Source of the DNA: a virus
DNA length: 64,000 bases
Strand: one strand, 5' to 3'
IMG/VR virus record: IMGVR_UViG_3300024255_000004
In this document: one piece after another, positions 1 through 10,474 of the stretch
Numbering within the stretch: position 1 is the first letter of the stretch
Layout of the letters: each line of letters begins with the position of its first letter
Made by a program: the position numbers and the translations under genes
Notes under the pieces: generated by a model
Databases searched by the model: none
What the model was told of the DNA's origin: nothing
Seen by the model: only the letters and a program-made list of their open reading frames with translations

Positions 1-1421
1 AGACACACCAAATTGTTGGTGCATATGTCAAAGACCCAATAGTCGGTGGACATGATTGGGTAGTGTCATTTGACTTGAACTCACTGTATCCACATATCAT
101 TATGCAATACAATATCTCACCCGAGAAAATGATAAAAGGAAACAGACAGGACTTAACCATTGATAGAATGTTAAACAAAGAATGTGACTTATCATATGTT
201 CACCAACAGGGTCATGCAGTGTGTCCAAATGGTGTAATGTATTCTAAAAACAAACAAGGATTTCTTCCCGAACTTATGGAAAAACTCTATGACGAGAGAA
301 AGGAGTGGAAGAAGAAAATGATTAAGTATCAACAAGAACGAGAAGTCTGTAAAGAAACCAAACGTAAGAAAGAACTTGATACACTTATCAAACGTGCATA
401 CAACAATCAACAGGTTCGTAAGATTGCACTTAACTCTGCATATGGAGCTCTTGCAAATCAATACTTTGCATTCTTTTCTATTGACCTTGCAGAGTCAATC
501 ACAACCAGTGGTCAGTTAATTATTAAGTGGTCAGAGAAAACTATCAATGAGTTCCTAAACAAAACACTTGGAACAGATAACGAAGACTATGTGATTGCAA
601 TGGACACTGATTCAGTTTATATCACTATGGATAAACTGGTCAAGAAAGTCTTACCCGAAGAAACAGACAAGACCAAGATTGTGGATTTCCTAAACAAGTC
701 AGAAGGTATGATTGAACAAGTTCTTGCACGTGGTTTTGACGACCTTGCAGAATATACTAATGCATTCCAACAGAAAATGCAAATGGGTCGTGAAGTAATT
801 GCAGATAGAGGTATTTGGACTGCAAAGAAACGATACATTCTAAATGTCCATGACAACGAAGGTGTCCGACTTGCAGAACCCAAACTTAAAATGATGGGTA
901 TTGAGACTGCAAAGTCCTCTACACCACAATGGGTCAGAACTAAACTAACAGAAGCCTTAAAGGTAGTAATGAATGGAACTGAACAGGACTTATGGGAGTT
1001 CGTAGAGACTGCACGAAAAGAATTTAGAAACCTTCCACCCGAGGAAGTTGCATTTCCTAGAGGTGTCAAAAACCTTGTGACGTATTCAGACCCGACTCAT
1101 ATCTATGGGAAAGGAACACCGATTCATGTCAGAGGTTCACTCTTACACAATCACTTACTGAAATCTAAAAATCTTGACTTAAGATATGAAATGATTAAGA
1201 ACTCAGATAAGATTCGTTTCTCATATCTTACAACACCAAATCCAATCAATGAGAATGTAATATCATTCTCAAGTTCTCTACCAAGAGAGTTGGACTTACA
1301 TAGATTTATTGACTATGATATGCAGTTTGATAAAGCATTTAATGAACCACTAAAGAATATTGTGAACTTAATTAACTGGAATGTAGAACCAGTTGCAAGC
1401 TTAGATTCTTTTTTCGGATAA
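1..1421 (+). CDS. 43: Family B DNA polymerase (T4 gp43-like), 5'-truncated by window edge
   Basis: Frame open from window start (GAYVKDP..WVVSFDLNSLYP). Motifs DLNSLYP, KIALNSAYG, DTDS, KKRY, and C-terminal clamp-binding SLDSFF. Confidence 0.97.
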   Translation, partial: THQIVGAYVKDPIVGGHDWVVSFDLNSLYPHIIMQYNISPEKMIKGNRQDLTIDRMLNKECDLSYVHQQGHAVCPNGVMYSKNKQGFLPELMEKLYDERKEWKKKMIKYQQEREVCKETKRKKELDTLIKRAYNNQQVRKIALNSAYGALANQYFAFFSIDLAESITTSGQLIIKWSEKTINEFLNKTLGTDNEDYVIAMDTDSVYITMDKLVKKVLPEETDKTKIVDFLNKSEGMIEQVLARGFDDLAEYTNAFQQKMQMGREVIADRGIWTAKKRYILNVHDNEGVRLAEPKLKMMGIETAKSSTPQWVRTKLTEALKVVMNGTEQDLWEFVETARKEFRNLPPEEVAFPRGVKNLVTYSDPTHIYGKGTPIHVRGSLLHNHLLKSKNLDLRYEMIKNSDKIRFSYLTTPNPINENVISFSSSLPRELDLHRFIDYDMQFDKAFNEPLKNIVNLINWNVEPVASLDSFFG

Positions 1422-1430
1422 ATAATTAAT

Positions 1431-1853
1431 ATGGCATATAGTAATAAAGTAGTAGAGAGATTCGAAGACGTTTTAAATAACCCTAAGAAACATGGTGTTG
1501 GTAGATTCGACCCCAATGACCCTAATGTTGCAACAGGACTAACGGGTGCTCCAGCATGTGGAGACGTTATGAAATTGGATATAAAAATAAATCCCGATAC
1601 TGATGTTATTGAAGATGTTAAGTTTAAAACATATGGTTGTGGAAGTGCAATTGCAAGTTCGTCTCTTTTCGTAGACATGTTAACGGGAAAGACTATTGAA
1701 GAAGCAAGTCAGATAAAAGACAAAGAGATTGCAGAAGCCTTAGAACTTCCCCCAATAAAATTGCACTGCAGTGTTCTTGCAGAAGACTCTATTAGAAAAG
1801 CAATTCAAGATTGGTCAGAAAAAACCGCACATAGGAAACATAATTATGTATGA
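1431..1853 (+). CDS. iscU: Fe-S cluster scaffold protein IscU
   Basis: GAPACGDVMKL, FKTYGCGSAIASSS and LPPIKLHCS; all three Cys ligands plus the HscA-binding LPPxK motif. Confidence 0.95.
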   Translation: MAYSNKVVERFEDVLNNPKKHGVGRFDPNDPNVATGLTGAPACGDVMKLDIKINPDTDVIEDVKFKTYGCGSAIASSSLFVDMLTGKTIEEASQIKDKEIAEALELPPIKLHCSVLAEDSIRKAIQDWSEKTAHRKHNYV

Positions 1854-2307
1854 GTATAAAGTTAAAGTAGTCAAAGTTGTAGATGGAGACACTATTGATG
1901 TGGATATCGATTTAGGTTTCGGTATGGTCTATAAAAAACAAAGAGTCCGAATGGTTGGAATCGATACGCCAGAATCTAGAACTAGAGACAAAGTAGAAAA
2001 ACTATTTGGTAAAGCTTCTAAAAAACACTTAAAGAAATTACTAGAAGAATGTGAAACTGTATCACTTGTATCACATGACAAAGGTAAGTTCGGAAGAATC
2101 TTAGGAACACTATATGCACATCATGTAGAAGGACACCCTGTATTCGGACACAAAGTAGATATCAATACTCAAATGATTAAAGATTGTCATGCAGTAGTTT
2201 ATAGTGGAGAGAATAAAGACTTGGTTGAACAACAACATTTAGATAACAGAAAATTTGTTATGGACAATGGATATGTGACCCAAGAGGATATAGATAAGGT
2301 ATCATGA
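1846..2307 (+). CDS. Thermonuclease (SNase-like) family nuclease
   Basis: VVDGDTIDV, RVRMVGIDTPESR, GKFGRILG; ATG at 1846 is the likely start. Confidence 0.88.
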   Translation: MYEYKVKVVKVVDGDTIDVDIDLGFGMVYKKQRVRMVGIDTPESRTRDKVEKLFGKASKKHLKKLLEECETVSLVSHDKGKFGRILGTLYAHHVEGHPVFGHKVDINTQMIKDCHAVVYSGENKDLVEQQHLDNRKFVMDNGYVTQEDIDKVS

Positions 2308-2468
2308 TTATAACAATGATGGACTGTTTCTATATCCTTATGATAGCCGTAATCTTTGGATTCATTATACACTTAGAATCTAAAGTTAATCAACTTGTTT
2401 CTATGATGGAAGAACACATCAAAGTTGACGAAAGACTTTGTGAGATTTCACAAAAATTAGATAACTAA
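2304..2468 (+). CDS. Small hypothetical membrane protein (54 aa)
   Basis: Read manually: MIITMMDCFYILMIAVIFGFIIH...; ATGA overlap with upstream stop. Confidence 0.6.
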   Translation: MIITMMDCFYILMIAVIFGFIIHLESKVNQLVSMMEEHIKVDERLCEISQKLDN

Positions 2469-2508
2469 TAAAAACCCCCTTTACAATTTTACCTTTCTTC
2501 TGTATAAT
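2467..2508 (+). promoter_or_regulatory. Class II sigma70-like promoter upstream of uvsX
   Basis: AATAAAAACCCCC-TTTACA-N17-TATAAT; first 19 nt identical to 4931-4949. Confidence 0.7.
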
Positions 2509-2534
2509 AGAGTGATACATTATGGAGAAGTGTT

Positions 2535-3587
2535 ATGTCATTTATTAAAGATTTAGTCAAATCAACTGGAAACGAATATGCAAATATAGTTTCAGATGGT
2601 GTGGCTGCTGGAGACGTAGATACATTCGTAGATACGGGTAGTTATGTCTTCAATTCACTTTTGAGTGGTTCACTATATGGTGGACTTCCCTCAAACAAAA
2701 TCACTGCAATCGCAGGTGAATCTGCAACAGGAAAAACTTACTTTGCCTTGGGTATGGTAAAACAATTCCTTGAAGACCACCCCGATTCTGCAGTAATATA
2801 TTTCGAATCTGAATCTGCAATCAGTAAAACAATGATTGAAGATAGAGGAATCGATTCAAAAAGAATGGTTATCGTGCCTGTGGTCACTGTTCAAGAATTC
2901 AGAAAACAGGCAATATCCATACTTGATAAGTATCTTGAAACACCCAAGGATAAGAGACCACCTATGATGATGTGTCTTGACTCACTTGGTATGTTATCAA
3001 CTACTAAAGAAATCGAGGACACTGCCGAGGGTAAAGAAACCCGAGACATGACTCGTGCTCAAGTTGTTAAAGGTGCATTCAGAGTTCTAACACTTAAGTT
3101 AGGACGTGCTGGTGTTCCAATGATAGTCACGAACCACACATATGATGTGATTGGTTCTATGTTCCCTCAAAAAGAAATGGGTGGTGGAAGTGGTCTCAAA
3201 TATGCAGCCTCTTCAATCATTTATCTTTCTAAAAAGAAAGAGAAAGAAGGAACGGAAGTCGTTGGTAATATCATTCATTGTAAGAATGCAAAATCTAGAT
3301 TGACTGTAGAAAATAGAATAGTTGACGTAAGACTATCTTATGACAGTGGACTGGATAGATACTATGGTCTTTTAGACCTTGCACTTGCAAGTGGAATCTT
3401 TGAGAAGAGTTCCACACGTATCAAACTACCAAATGGTAAAACAGAATTTGGTAAAACAATTAACAACAACCCCGAGAAATACTTTACACCTGATGTAATG
3501 GAAAGACTCGAAACAGTAGTAGAAGGATACTTTAAATATGGAAACACGCATAGAACAGACGATACTGAAGAATCTGATTCGGAGTGA
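2535..3587 (+). CDS. uvsX: RecA-like recombinase UvsX
   Basis: Walker [28 protein letters not shown]; adjacent to gp41. Confidence 0.95.
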   Translation: MSFIKDLVKSTGNEYANIVSDGVAAGDVDTFVDTGSYVFNSLLSGSLYGGLPSNKITAIAGESATGKTYFALGMVKQFLEDHPDSAVIYFESESAISKTMIEDRGIDSKRMVIVPVVTVQEFRKQAISILDKYLETPKDKRPPMMMCLDSLGMLSTTKEIEDTAEGKETRDMTRAQVVKGAFRVLTLKLGRAGVPMIVTNHTYDVIGSMFPQKEMGGGSGLKYAASSIIYLSKKKEKEGTEVVGNIIHCKNAKSRLTVENRIVDVRLSYDSGLDRYYGLLDLALASGIFEKSSTRIKLPNGKTEFGKTINNNPEKYFTPDVMERLETVVEGYFKYGNTHRTDDTEESDSE

Positions 3588-4935
3588 AGAGTTTGCACGA
3601 AAGTGCGTCCCATTCATTAAGTCAGAGTATTTTGCCGATACTGAAGAAAGAACTGTATTCAATGAAATACACGAATACTTTCAGAAGTATACTAAATCAC
3701 CAACTGTAGAAGCACTTCTCATAAACCTTGAAAACAATACTTCTCTTAACGAGAATATTGCAAAGGGTTCAAAAACTATAGTTGATAAGATTGGTAAAGA
3801 TAAGGAGACCACACCAAGTGAGTGGTTAGTGGAAGAAACGGAGAAATGGTGTAAGGATAGAGCAATCTATATTGCAGTCATGGATTCGATTGAAGTCATT
3901 GACAAGAAATCACAGAGGTCTACTGGTGAAATACCCGAACTATTGAAGGACGCACTTTCCGTGTCTTTTGACACAAACATTGGACATGACGTGTTAGAAG
4001 ATGCAGATGCAAGATTTGAATTCTATCATACGGAAGAAGAGAAGATTCCGTTTGACTTAGAATACTTCAACAAGATTACCAAAGGTGGATTACCTAATAA
4101 AACACTTAACATTGTTCTTGCTGGAACTGGTGTTGGTAAATCATTGTTTATGTGTCACCAAGCAGCTTCATGTCTTATGATGAACAAGAATGTTTTATAC
4201 ATTACTATGGAAATGTCAGAAGAAAGGATTGCAGAGAGAATCGATGCAAACACTATGAATGTTCCTATGAAAGATTTACCCGATTTATCTAAGAAAATGT
4301 TTGATAAGAAAGTTGAGAAACTAAAAAACAAAACTAAAGGTAAACTCATAGTAAAAGAATACCCTACTGCAACTGCACACGTTGGACACTTCAGACACCT
4401 ATTACAAGAATTGGATATCAAGAAAGACTTCCAACCCGATATTATATTTGTCGATTATCTAAACATATGTGCTTCACATAGAGTGAGGCCAGGTGCTGGT
4501 GCAAACTCTTATACACTTGTAAAGAGTATTGCAGAAGAACTTAGAGGACTTGCAGTGGAATTTAACGTTCCATTAGTAAGTGCAACCCAAACAACCCGAA
4601 GTGGTTATGGTTCCACTGATATTGGACTCGAAGACACTTCGGAAAGTTTTGGTCTACCTGCGACTGCAGACTTAATGTTTGCACTGATTACCAGTGACGA
4701 ACTAGAAGAACTAGACCAACTCGTAGTGAAACAGTTGAAGAATCGATATAATGACCCCACAATCTTTAAAAGGTTTGTAATCGGTATTGATAGAAGTAGA
4801 ATGAAACTCTATGATTGTGAACAAGAAGCACAAGAAGAACTATTTGAGAATGATTCTACCTACAATGATGATGTTCCTGTATTTGATAGAGGAAGGAATG
4901 ATGGACAGAAGAGAGATTTTAACGACTTCAAATAA
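3538..4935 (+). CDS. 41: Replicative DNA helicase gp41
   Basis: [51 protein letters not shown]. Confidence 0.96.
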   Translation: METRIEQTILKNLIRSEEFARKCVPFIKSEYFADTEERTVFNEIHEYFQKYTKSPTVEALLINLENNTSLNENIAKGSKTIVDKIGKDKETTPSEWLVEETEKWCKDRAIYIAVMDSIEVIDKKSQRSTGEIPELLKDALSVSFDTNIGHDVLEDADARFEFYHTEEEKIPFDLEYFNKITKGGLPNKTLNIVLAGTGVGKSLFMCHQAASCLMMNKNVLYITMEMSEERIAERIDANTMNVPMKDLPDLSKKMFDKKVEKLKNKTKGKLIVKEYPTATAHVGHFRHLLQELDIKKDFQPDIIFVDYLNICASHRVRPGAGANSYTLVKSIAEELRGLAVEFNVPLVSATQTTRSGYGSTDIGLEDTSESFGLPATADLMFALITSDELEELDQLVVKQLKNRYNDPTIFKRFVIGIDRSRMKLYDCEQEAQEELFENDSTYNDDVPVFDRGRNDGQKRDFNDFK

Positions 4936-4972
4936 AAACCCCCTTTACAGACCACCTAAATAATGTTATACT
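4931..4972 (+). promoter_or_regulatory. Class II sigma70-like promoter
   Basis: AATAAAAACCCCC-TTTACA-N17-TATACT. Confidence 0.65.
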
Positions 4973-4982
4973 AGATGGTTCT

Positions 4983-5159
4983 ATGAAGAAAGTGATAAAA
5001 AGTTCAGAGGTTATATCAAAGATAACCGAAAAAATTGAACTCAAGAAACAATTGAGAGATGCACGTGTGTCTAAAGATTCTAAAGAAATTGATAAAATAA
5101 ACAAAAAAATATCAAGAATAGAATCAAAATTGTCTTCCTCACCACTTGCAAAATCCTAA
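4983..5159 (+). CDS. Small basic coiled-coil hypothetical protein (58 aa)
   Basis: Read manually: MKKVIKSSEVISKITEKIELKKQLRDAR... Confidence 0.55.
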   Translation: MKKVIKSSEVISKITEKIELKKQLRDARVSKDSKEIDKINKKISRIESKLSSSPLAKS

Positions 5160-5204
5160 ATAATAACATAGATTACATACACTATAGTAAATCACGGAGA
5201 ATTT

Positions 5205-5642
5205 ATGTCAAGAGAAACAGCAAGAGCCGACTTAGTATCTAAAATTGCAGGCTTAACTAATCAGAAGAATTGGTTAAAGGGTGTAAGTCAAGAATATCAA
5301 GTCACTAATCAACCTAACGGAACAGACCATACTGCACGTGGTAGTAAATCTGCATGGACAGGTGCTGGACTTGTTGGTTGGTTATCTGCATGGAAAACTG
5401 CAAACTCTTCAATAACTGCAACTGCAGATTGGAATCCAGCAGACTTTGACGGAAGTAATTGGACACATGACGATTGGCAACAATACTATTTCCAAGAACA
5501 TGCAAAAGGTATATCAAATAAAACAGATTCAGATAAAGCTATTACAGATATAGATGCTTCTTTAACTGCATATCAATCAGACTTAGACGATATCGACGCA
5601 GGAATAGCTGCTGGTGATATTGACCAAGTTGACCCAAGTTAG
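5205..5642 (+). CDS. Hypothetical protein
   Basis: 145-aa ORF with GGAG RBS, preceded by late-promoter-like CCTAAATA. Confidence 0.75.
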   Translation: MSRETARADLVSKIAGLTNQKNWLKGVSQEYQVTNQPNGTDHTARGSKSAWTGAGLVGWLSAWKTANSSITATADWNPADFDGSNWTHDDWQQYYFQEHAKGISNKTDSDKAITDIDASLTAYQSDLDDIDAGIAAGDIDQVDPS

Positions 5643-5702
5643 TAAACAAAAAAATACCATAAATAGTAGTAATACCACCAAGAATGTGGTATAATTACTA
5701 TT

Positions 5703-6905
5703 ATGGGTGCAAAAAATCTACATTTAGAACACTTAGAAGACGAGATTATCAATCAAGGGATTGATGGTGGTCGTGGTGCTATAAACTTTTTACAGGGTCT
5801 TAGAGACATGTTAAAAGGAAACTCTAATTCAAGTGTTAATATGACTGTTAAGTGGGACGGAGCTCCTGCTATTTTCTGTGGTCAACACCCCGAAACTAAT
5901 CAATTCTTTGTTGCAAAGAAATCTCTATTCAATAAAGAACCTAAGTTTTACACTTCAGAACATGAAATTAAAAATGCAGACGAACTAAGTGGTGCATTAA
6001 AAGAAAAGTTCTTAACTTCATTTCAATGTTTATCTAAACTATCTTGGAATACAATCATGCAAGGTGATTTAATGTATACCAATGATAAGAAAATGCAAAA
6101 GATTGACGGAAAATCATTCGTCACATTCCAACCAAATACAATCATGTATGCAGTAGATATTAATTCAGATTTAGGTAAAGAGATTGCAAACTCTAAAATG
6201 GGTATTGTGTTTCATACCACATACACTGGTTCTACAATAGAAGACTTGGGTGCAAGTTTTGGTGCAAACATATCTAAACTAGGAAACAGTAAAGATGTTT
6301 GGATTGACGATGCAACATATAAAGATGTCAGTGGTAAAGGTTCAATGACTGCAAAAGAAACACTTACACTTACACAAGAACTATCCAAAACAGGTAAAGC
6401 CTTCCACGGAATCAAAAAGAAAGATTTAGATAAGTTCCAAAAAATACAGGAAGAGATTGGAAAGAAAGGTGCTGGTGCATCTTACAAAACATATTGTAAT
6501 ACACTTATCAGAGGTGGTAGTTTCAATCCAACATACAAAGGATATATGGAACACTTCGAAAGCTACTGGAGAGATAAGGTGGTTGCAAAGGTCAAAATGG
6601 AAAAGACCAAACAAATCAAACAAGAGATTGGTGAACAACTTTATAACGAACTCAGAAGTTTAAAGAACATGATAACTAATCTAACTTCCTTTATGGGACA
6701 CCTAGTAGTTGCAAAACAACTTATCATAAATGCACTAAATAGAGTAAAGAGTATAGGAACTTTCAAAAAGACTGCAAATGGTTTTGAGGTAGTAAACCCC
6801 GAAGGATACGTTGCAATCGATAAAACAGGAAGTGCAGTTAAACTTGTAGACAGAATGGAGTTTGCATTCAATAACTTCACTGCACAAAAATCATGGGACA
6901 AGTAA
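5703..6905 (+). CDS. Conserved T4-like phage protein with RNA-ligase-like nucleotidyltransferase motifs (recalled as DUF6267-like)
   Basis: TVKWDG (motif I KxDG), QGDLMY (III-like), PEGYVA (IV EGxV), VKLVDR (V-like). Confidence 0.65.
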   Translation: MGAKNLHLEHLEDEIINQGIDGGRGAINFLQGLRDMLKGNSNSSVNMTVKWDGAPAIFCGQHPETNQFFVAKKSLFNKEPKFYTSEHEIKNADELSGALKEKFLTSFQCLSKLSWNTIMQGDLMYTNDKKMQKIDGKSFVTFQPNTIMYAVDINSDLGKEIANSKMGIVFHTTYTGSTIEDLGASFGANISKLGNSKDVWIDDATYKDVSGKGSMTAKETLTLTQELSKTGKAFHGIKKKDLDKFQKIQEEIGKKGAGASYKTYCNTLIRGGSFNPTYKGYMEHFESYWRDKVVAKVKMEKTKQIKQEIGEQLYNELRSLKNMITNLTSFMGHLVVAKQLIINALNRVKSIGTFKKTANGFEVVNPEGYVAIDKTGSAVKLVDRMEFAFNNFTAQKSWDK

Positions 6906-8314
6906 TGAAATCATTCAATGCATTTCTAACAGAAGCTAAAGATAAGGGTGTAGTGTTTACTTTTGGTAGATTCAATCCACCTACAACAGGTCATGGAAAG
7001 TTAGTAGACAAACTTAAAAAACAATCGGGTGGTGATGACGTTCTGTTATTCACTTCACATTCAAATGACAAGGTTAAAAATCCACTATCACACCGAGACA
7101 AGATATCGTATCTAAGAAAATTCTTTGGGAAGATTGTTGCAGACGTAAATGCAAGAACAGTATTTGAGATTGCAACAGAATTACATAAGAAGAAATATAA
7201 AAGAGTCTCAATGGTTGTTGGGTCAGACAGAGTAAAAGAGTTTGAAACACTACTAAACAAATACAATGGTGTTAAAGCACGTCATGGATTCTATAAGTTC
7301 GAAGAGATTAATATTGTATCTGCTGGAGAGAGAGACCCTGATGCAGATGATGTCAGTGGAATGTCTGCAAGTAAACTCAGAGGATATGCAGAACAAGGAG
7401 ACTTTGACAATTTCAAATTAGGTGTTCCAACAAAGAATAAAGGATTAGTTCAGAAACTTTATAACGATATCCGTAAAGGAATGGGTATTGCAGAAGGAAC
7501 ACTACCACACTACATGGTAGAAGATTTGATACAAGAAGGAGTCTATGACCCAGGCACTTTCAAAGCAGTTTTCCTAAGTGGTGGGCCAGGCAGTGGTAAA
7601 TCTGCAGTTGTAAAGAAATTAGGTTTGACTGCACTTGGTTTAAAAATGGTCAACACTGATAAAGCATTTGAGAACGGACTAAAGAAAGCAGGAATGTCAC
7701 TTGACCTTAGAGGTGCAGACTTTGATAAAGTAGACCCTATCCGTGCAAAAGCAAAAAGTATTACAGGTAAAAACTTAGATGCATATATCGATGGAAGACT
7801 AGGTCTTATCTTTGACACTACAAGTGCAAAGTCGGGTAAGATTAAGAACTACAAAAAAATGTTAGACACATTAGGATATGAATACAAAATGATATTTGTT
7901 AATGCAAGTCTAGACAATGCACAAAAAAGAAATGACTTAAGGTCTAGAAAACTACCACCCAAAATTGTAAAAGGTGACTGGGACGCTGCACAAAAGAATG
8001 CAACGGAATATAAATCAATTTTTGGTAGAGACTTTGTAGAGATTAAGAATGATGATGACATTGCAAGTCTTGATAAAAAGGCAAATTCACTATACAGTAA
8101 ACTACTAGGTTGGTCTACTTCATTCCCTAAAAACAAAATTGCAATGAAATGGAAATCTTACGAACTGATGAAGAAGACTCTTGGGTATTCATCTATGAGA
8201 AGTAAAGATGCGGTGAAAAAACCACCAACAGATAAACCAAGTCCGTTTGGGTCAAATTTAAAAACATTCAAAAGTAGAAGGACTGGTAAGAAGACAGTAA
8301 TCGGAAAGATATAA
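6905..8314 (+). CDS. Cytidylyltransferase-like (HIGH superfamily) domain fused to a P-loop kinase (AAA_33/zeta-like); IP-like N-terminus
   Basis: MKSFNAFLTEA; FGRFNPPTTGH, VVGSDR, MSASKLR; then FLSGGPGSGKS, NTD, IFDTT, lid-like RNxxRxR. Confidence 0.85.
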   Translation: MKSFNAFLTEAKDKGVVFTFGRFNPPTTGHGKLVDKLKKQSGGDDVLLFTSHSNDKVKNPLSHRDKISYLRKFFGKIVADVNARTVFEIATELHKKKYKRVSMVVGSDRVKEFETLLNKYNGVKARHGFYKFEEINIVSAGERDPDADDVSGMSASKLRGYAEQGDFDNFKLGVPTKNKGLVQKLYNDIRKGMGIAEGTLPHYMVEDLIQEGVYDPGTFKAVFLSGGPGSGKSAVVKKLGLTALGLKMVNTDKAFENGLKKAGMSLDLRGADFDKVDPIRAKAKSITGKNLDAYIDGRLGLIFDTTSAKSGKIKNYKKMLDTLGYEYKMIFVNASLDNAQKRNDLRSRKLPPKIVKGDWDAAQKNATEYKSIFGRDFVEIKNDDDIASLDKKANSLYSKLLGWSTSFPKNKIAMKWKSYELMKKTLGYSSMRSKDAVKKPPTDKPSPFGSNLKTFKSRRTGKKTVIGKI

Positions 8315-8317
8315 ATA
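8310..8317 (+). promoter_or_regulatory. T4-type late promoter
   Basis: TATAAATA immediately upstream of ORF 8323. Confidence 0.75.
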
Positions 8318-8322
8318 GTATT

Positions 8323-9798
8323 ATGTTAGAAGAACTTAGAGAAAAATTACGTAAGACCCAACAAGACAAAGAAGTTGAAGGCAAGAAAGGTTCTCAACCT
8401 AAGAAGTATTATGCTAAAGACGCAGACGGAGACGAAATGTCTCAGTCTACAAAAGATAAACGTGCAGACCACTTTAAGAATAATAAAGATAAAGAAGGTG
8501 AAGATGCATTTAAACCAGCACCTGGCGATTCAAAAGCAGATACTAAACCTTCACAACATACTAAGAAGTATAAGAAAATGTTTGGAGAAGGTGCAGCTGA
8601 TAAATCTCTACAAAAGAAAGCAGACAAGAGTGGAATGCCAGTTGGTATTCTAAAACAAGTCTACAAACGTGGAGTTGCAGCTTGGAAAGGTGGACATAGG
8701 CCAGGAACTACACCCGAACAATGGGGACATGCACGTGTTAATTCTTTTGTGACTAAATCCAGTGGAACATGGGGTGGTGCAGACCAAGACCTTGCAAAGA
8801 AAGTTTCGGGTAAATCAGAGTCAATAGAAGAAGGAATTGATATCAGAAAACAACTCAAAAAGATTAAAGGATTAACTAAGAAACAATTAGAAACATTATC
8901 AACAATGAACACTTCACAACTAACAGTTTTAGTTCAACAGTTAAGTGGTTTGGTTATGGGTGAACAAGACGAGTTAGAAGAAAGATATGCAGATAGACTA
9001 AGAGACAAAAATAAGTCTCAACAAAAGGCACATCAAAAAAGAATGATGAAGTCTGCAAAAAAATCTATCAAAGACTATGATGCAAAGAATAAGAACAAGA
9101 ACGAAGAGTCTGAAGTAGAAGAAGGTAAACTTGTCACTGATTACAGAAGTGTCTTAGATTTCATATTTAAAAATATCAAAAAGATGATTGAAAAGGAATA
9201 TGAAAAGAACTCTGAAAAAGGTTTAGGAATGATTAATCAGTTAGGTTCTTATGTTGGAATGAAAGTCACTGATAAGAAACAGGAGAAAAATAGACTCTTC
9301 CTTAAGTTTGGTGACAACATACAAGAAGACGCTACAGTTGACGCTGCAAATCTAAAAGCAAAACAAACTGAAGAACTAGAAAGATTAAAGGCAAAACAAT
9401 TACAAGAGTTAGAAGCACTACAAGATAGACACGAAAGAGAAACAGACAAAGTCAATCAACAGAAAGAAAAAGAAGCTGCAAATAAACAAATTCAAGCAAA
9501 ACGTGATGCAGATAGAAAAGCTGCAGAGAAACAAAACGAAGAAAGAGATTACAAAAAAGAGTATGAGAACTACCACTCAGACCCCGAACAAATTAAAAGA
9601 CGTGCAAAAAGAAATGAAGCACGAAGAAGTCTAAAGGACAGAAAAGGTATAAAAGGAAAGGACGTTCACCATAAGGACAACAATCCTATGAATAATGACA
9701 AGTCTAACTTATCAATTGTATCACAAAAATACAATAGAACAGAACCAAGACTTAGAAAATTGAAAGAGAAGGGGATACTTCCAAGTGGCAGGAAATAA
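8323..9798 (+). CDS. Multi-module, probably capsid-internal protein with a C-terminal HNH-like nuclease module
   Basis: Module LKQVYKRGVAAWKGGHRPG...WGHARVNSF; C-terminal KDVHHKDNNPMNNDKSNL..YNR; modules separated by xxE sites. Confidence 0.7.
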   Translation: MLEELREKLRKTQQDKEVEGKKGSQPKKYYAKDADGDEMSQSTKDKRADHFKNNKDKEGEDAFKPAPGDSKADTKPSQHTKKYKKMFGEGAADKSLQKKADKSGMPVGILKQVYKRGVAAWKGGHRPGTTPEQWGHARVNSFVTKSSGTWGGADQDLAKKVSGKSESIEEGIDIRKQLKKIKGLTKKQLETLSTMNTSQLTVLVQQLSGLVMGEQDELEERYADRLRDKNKSQQKAHQKRMMKSAKKSIKDYDAKNKNKNEESEVEEGKLVTDYRSVLDFIFKNIKKMIEKEYEKNSEKGLGMINQLGSYVGMKVTDKKQEKNRLFLKFGDNIQEDATVDAANLKAKQTEELERLKAKQLQELEALQDRHERETDKVNQQKEKEAANKQIQAKRDADRKAAEKQNEERDYKKEYENYHSDPEQIKRRAKRNEARRSLKDRKGIKGKDVHHKDNNPMNNDKSNLSIVSQKYNRTEPRLRKLKEKGILPSGRK

Positions 9799-10462
9799 AC
9801 ACGACAACGGAGTTCACGAACAGGGAACAGACGAAACAGTAAAAGCATATCAAGAAGATACGCCTGGTCAATCAGTTGAGAAATACGTAAAAGAGAATCA
9901 AAAATCATATCACGATTCAAAGAAAACATTTTCTCAAATTGCAATCAACGAAACACTCGATACACTTCAAAAAGAAAAAACCAATCTACTAGACAATCCA
10001 TTTCGTTTAGGTTCTATGATGTATTTTGAATGTATTAATGAAGCAAGAAACCTTATCAAAGAAGACCGATACAGACTTACTGAAGTTGATAAGAATATAA
10101 TGGAAACAGATATTGGTGAGTTCGAAGTGTATGAGGGAGAATTAGTTCCACTAGATTGTCCACAATATGAGTTTATAAACGAAGAAGAAGAACCCGAACT
10201 CAACAAACCAAAAGCAGGTGGCCCTAAGAAATACTATGTATATGTTAGAGACCCACAAACTAAAAAGATTAAAAAAGTCACATGGGGAGACACTACAGGT
10301 CTCAAAGTGAAACTCGGAAACGAGAAAGCAAGAAAATCCTTCGCTGCACGACATAAGTGTTCACAACAGAAAGATAAAACTACTGCATCATATTGGGCAT
10401 GTAGATTACCTTACTATGCAAAACAGTTAGGTCTATCAGACGGGGGAAATTTTTATTGGTAA
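9785..10462 (+). CDS. Conserved hypothetical phage protein, basic C-terminal domain
   Basis: GTG start overlapping upstream stop; KKYYVYV..KKVTWGD..RKSFAARHKC..YWAC. Confidence 0.75.
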   Translation: MAGNKHDNGVHEQGTDETVKAYQEDTPGQSVEKYVKENQKSYHDSKKTFSQIAINETLDTLQKEKTNLLDNPFRLGSMMYFECINEARNLIKEDRYRLTEVDKNIMETDIGEFEVYEGELVPLDCPQYEFINEEEEPELNKPKAGGPKKYYVYVRDPQTKKIKKVTWGDTTGLKVKLGNEKARKSFAARHKCSQQKDKTTASYWACRLPYYAKQLGLSDGGNFYW

Positions 10463-10474
10463 TGGAGATACATA

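Noticed and set aside
3538-3587. 50-nt overlap of uvsX and gp41
   Set aside because: Ordinary compact overlap with an upstream RBS; no sign of recoding
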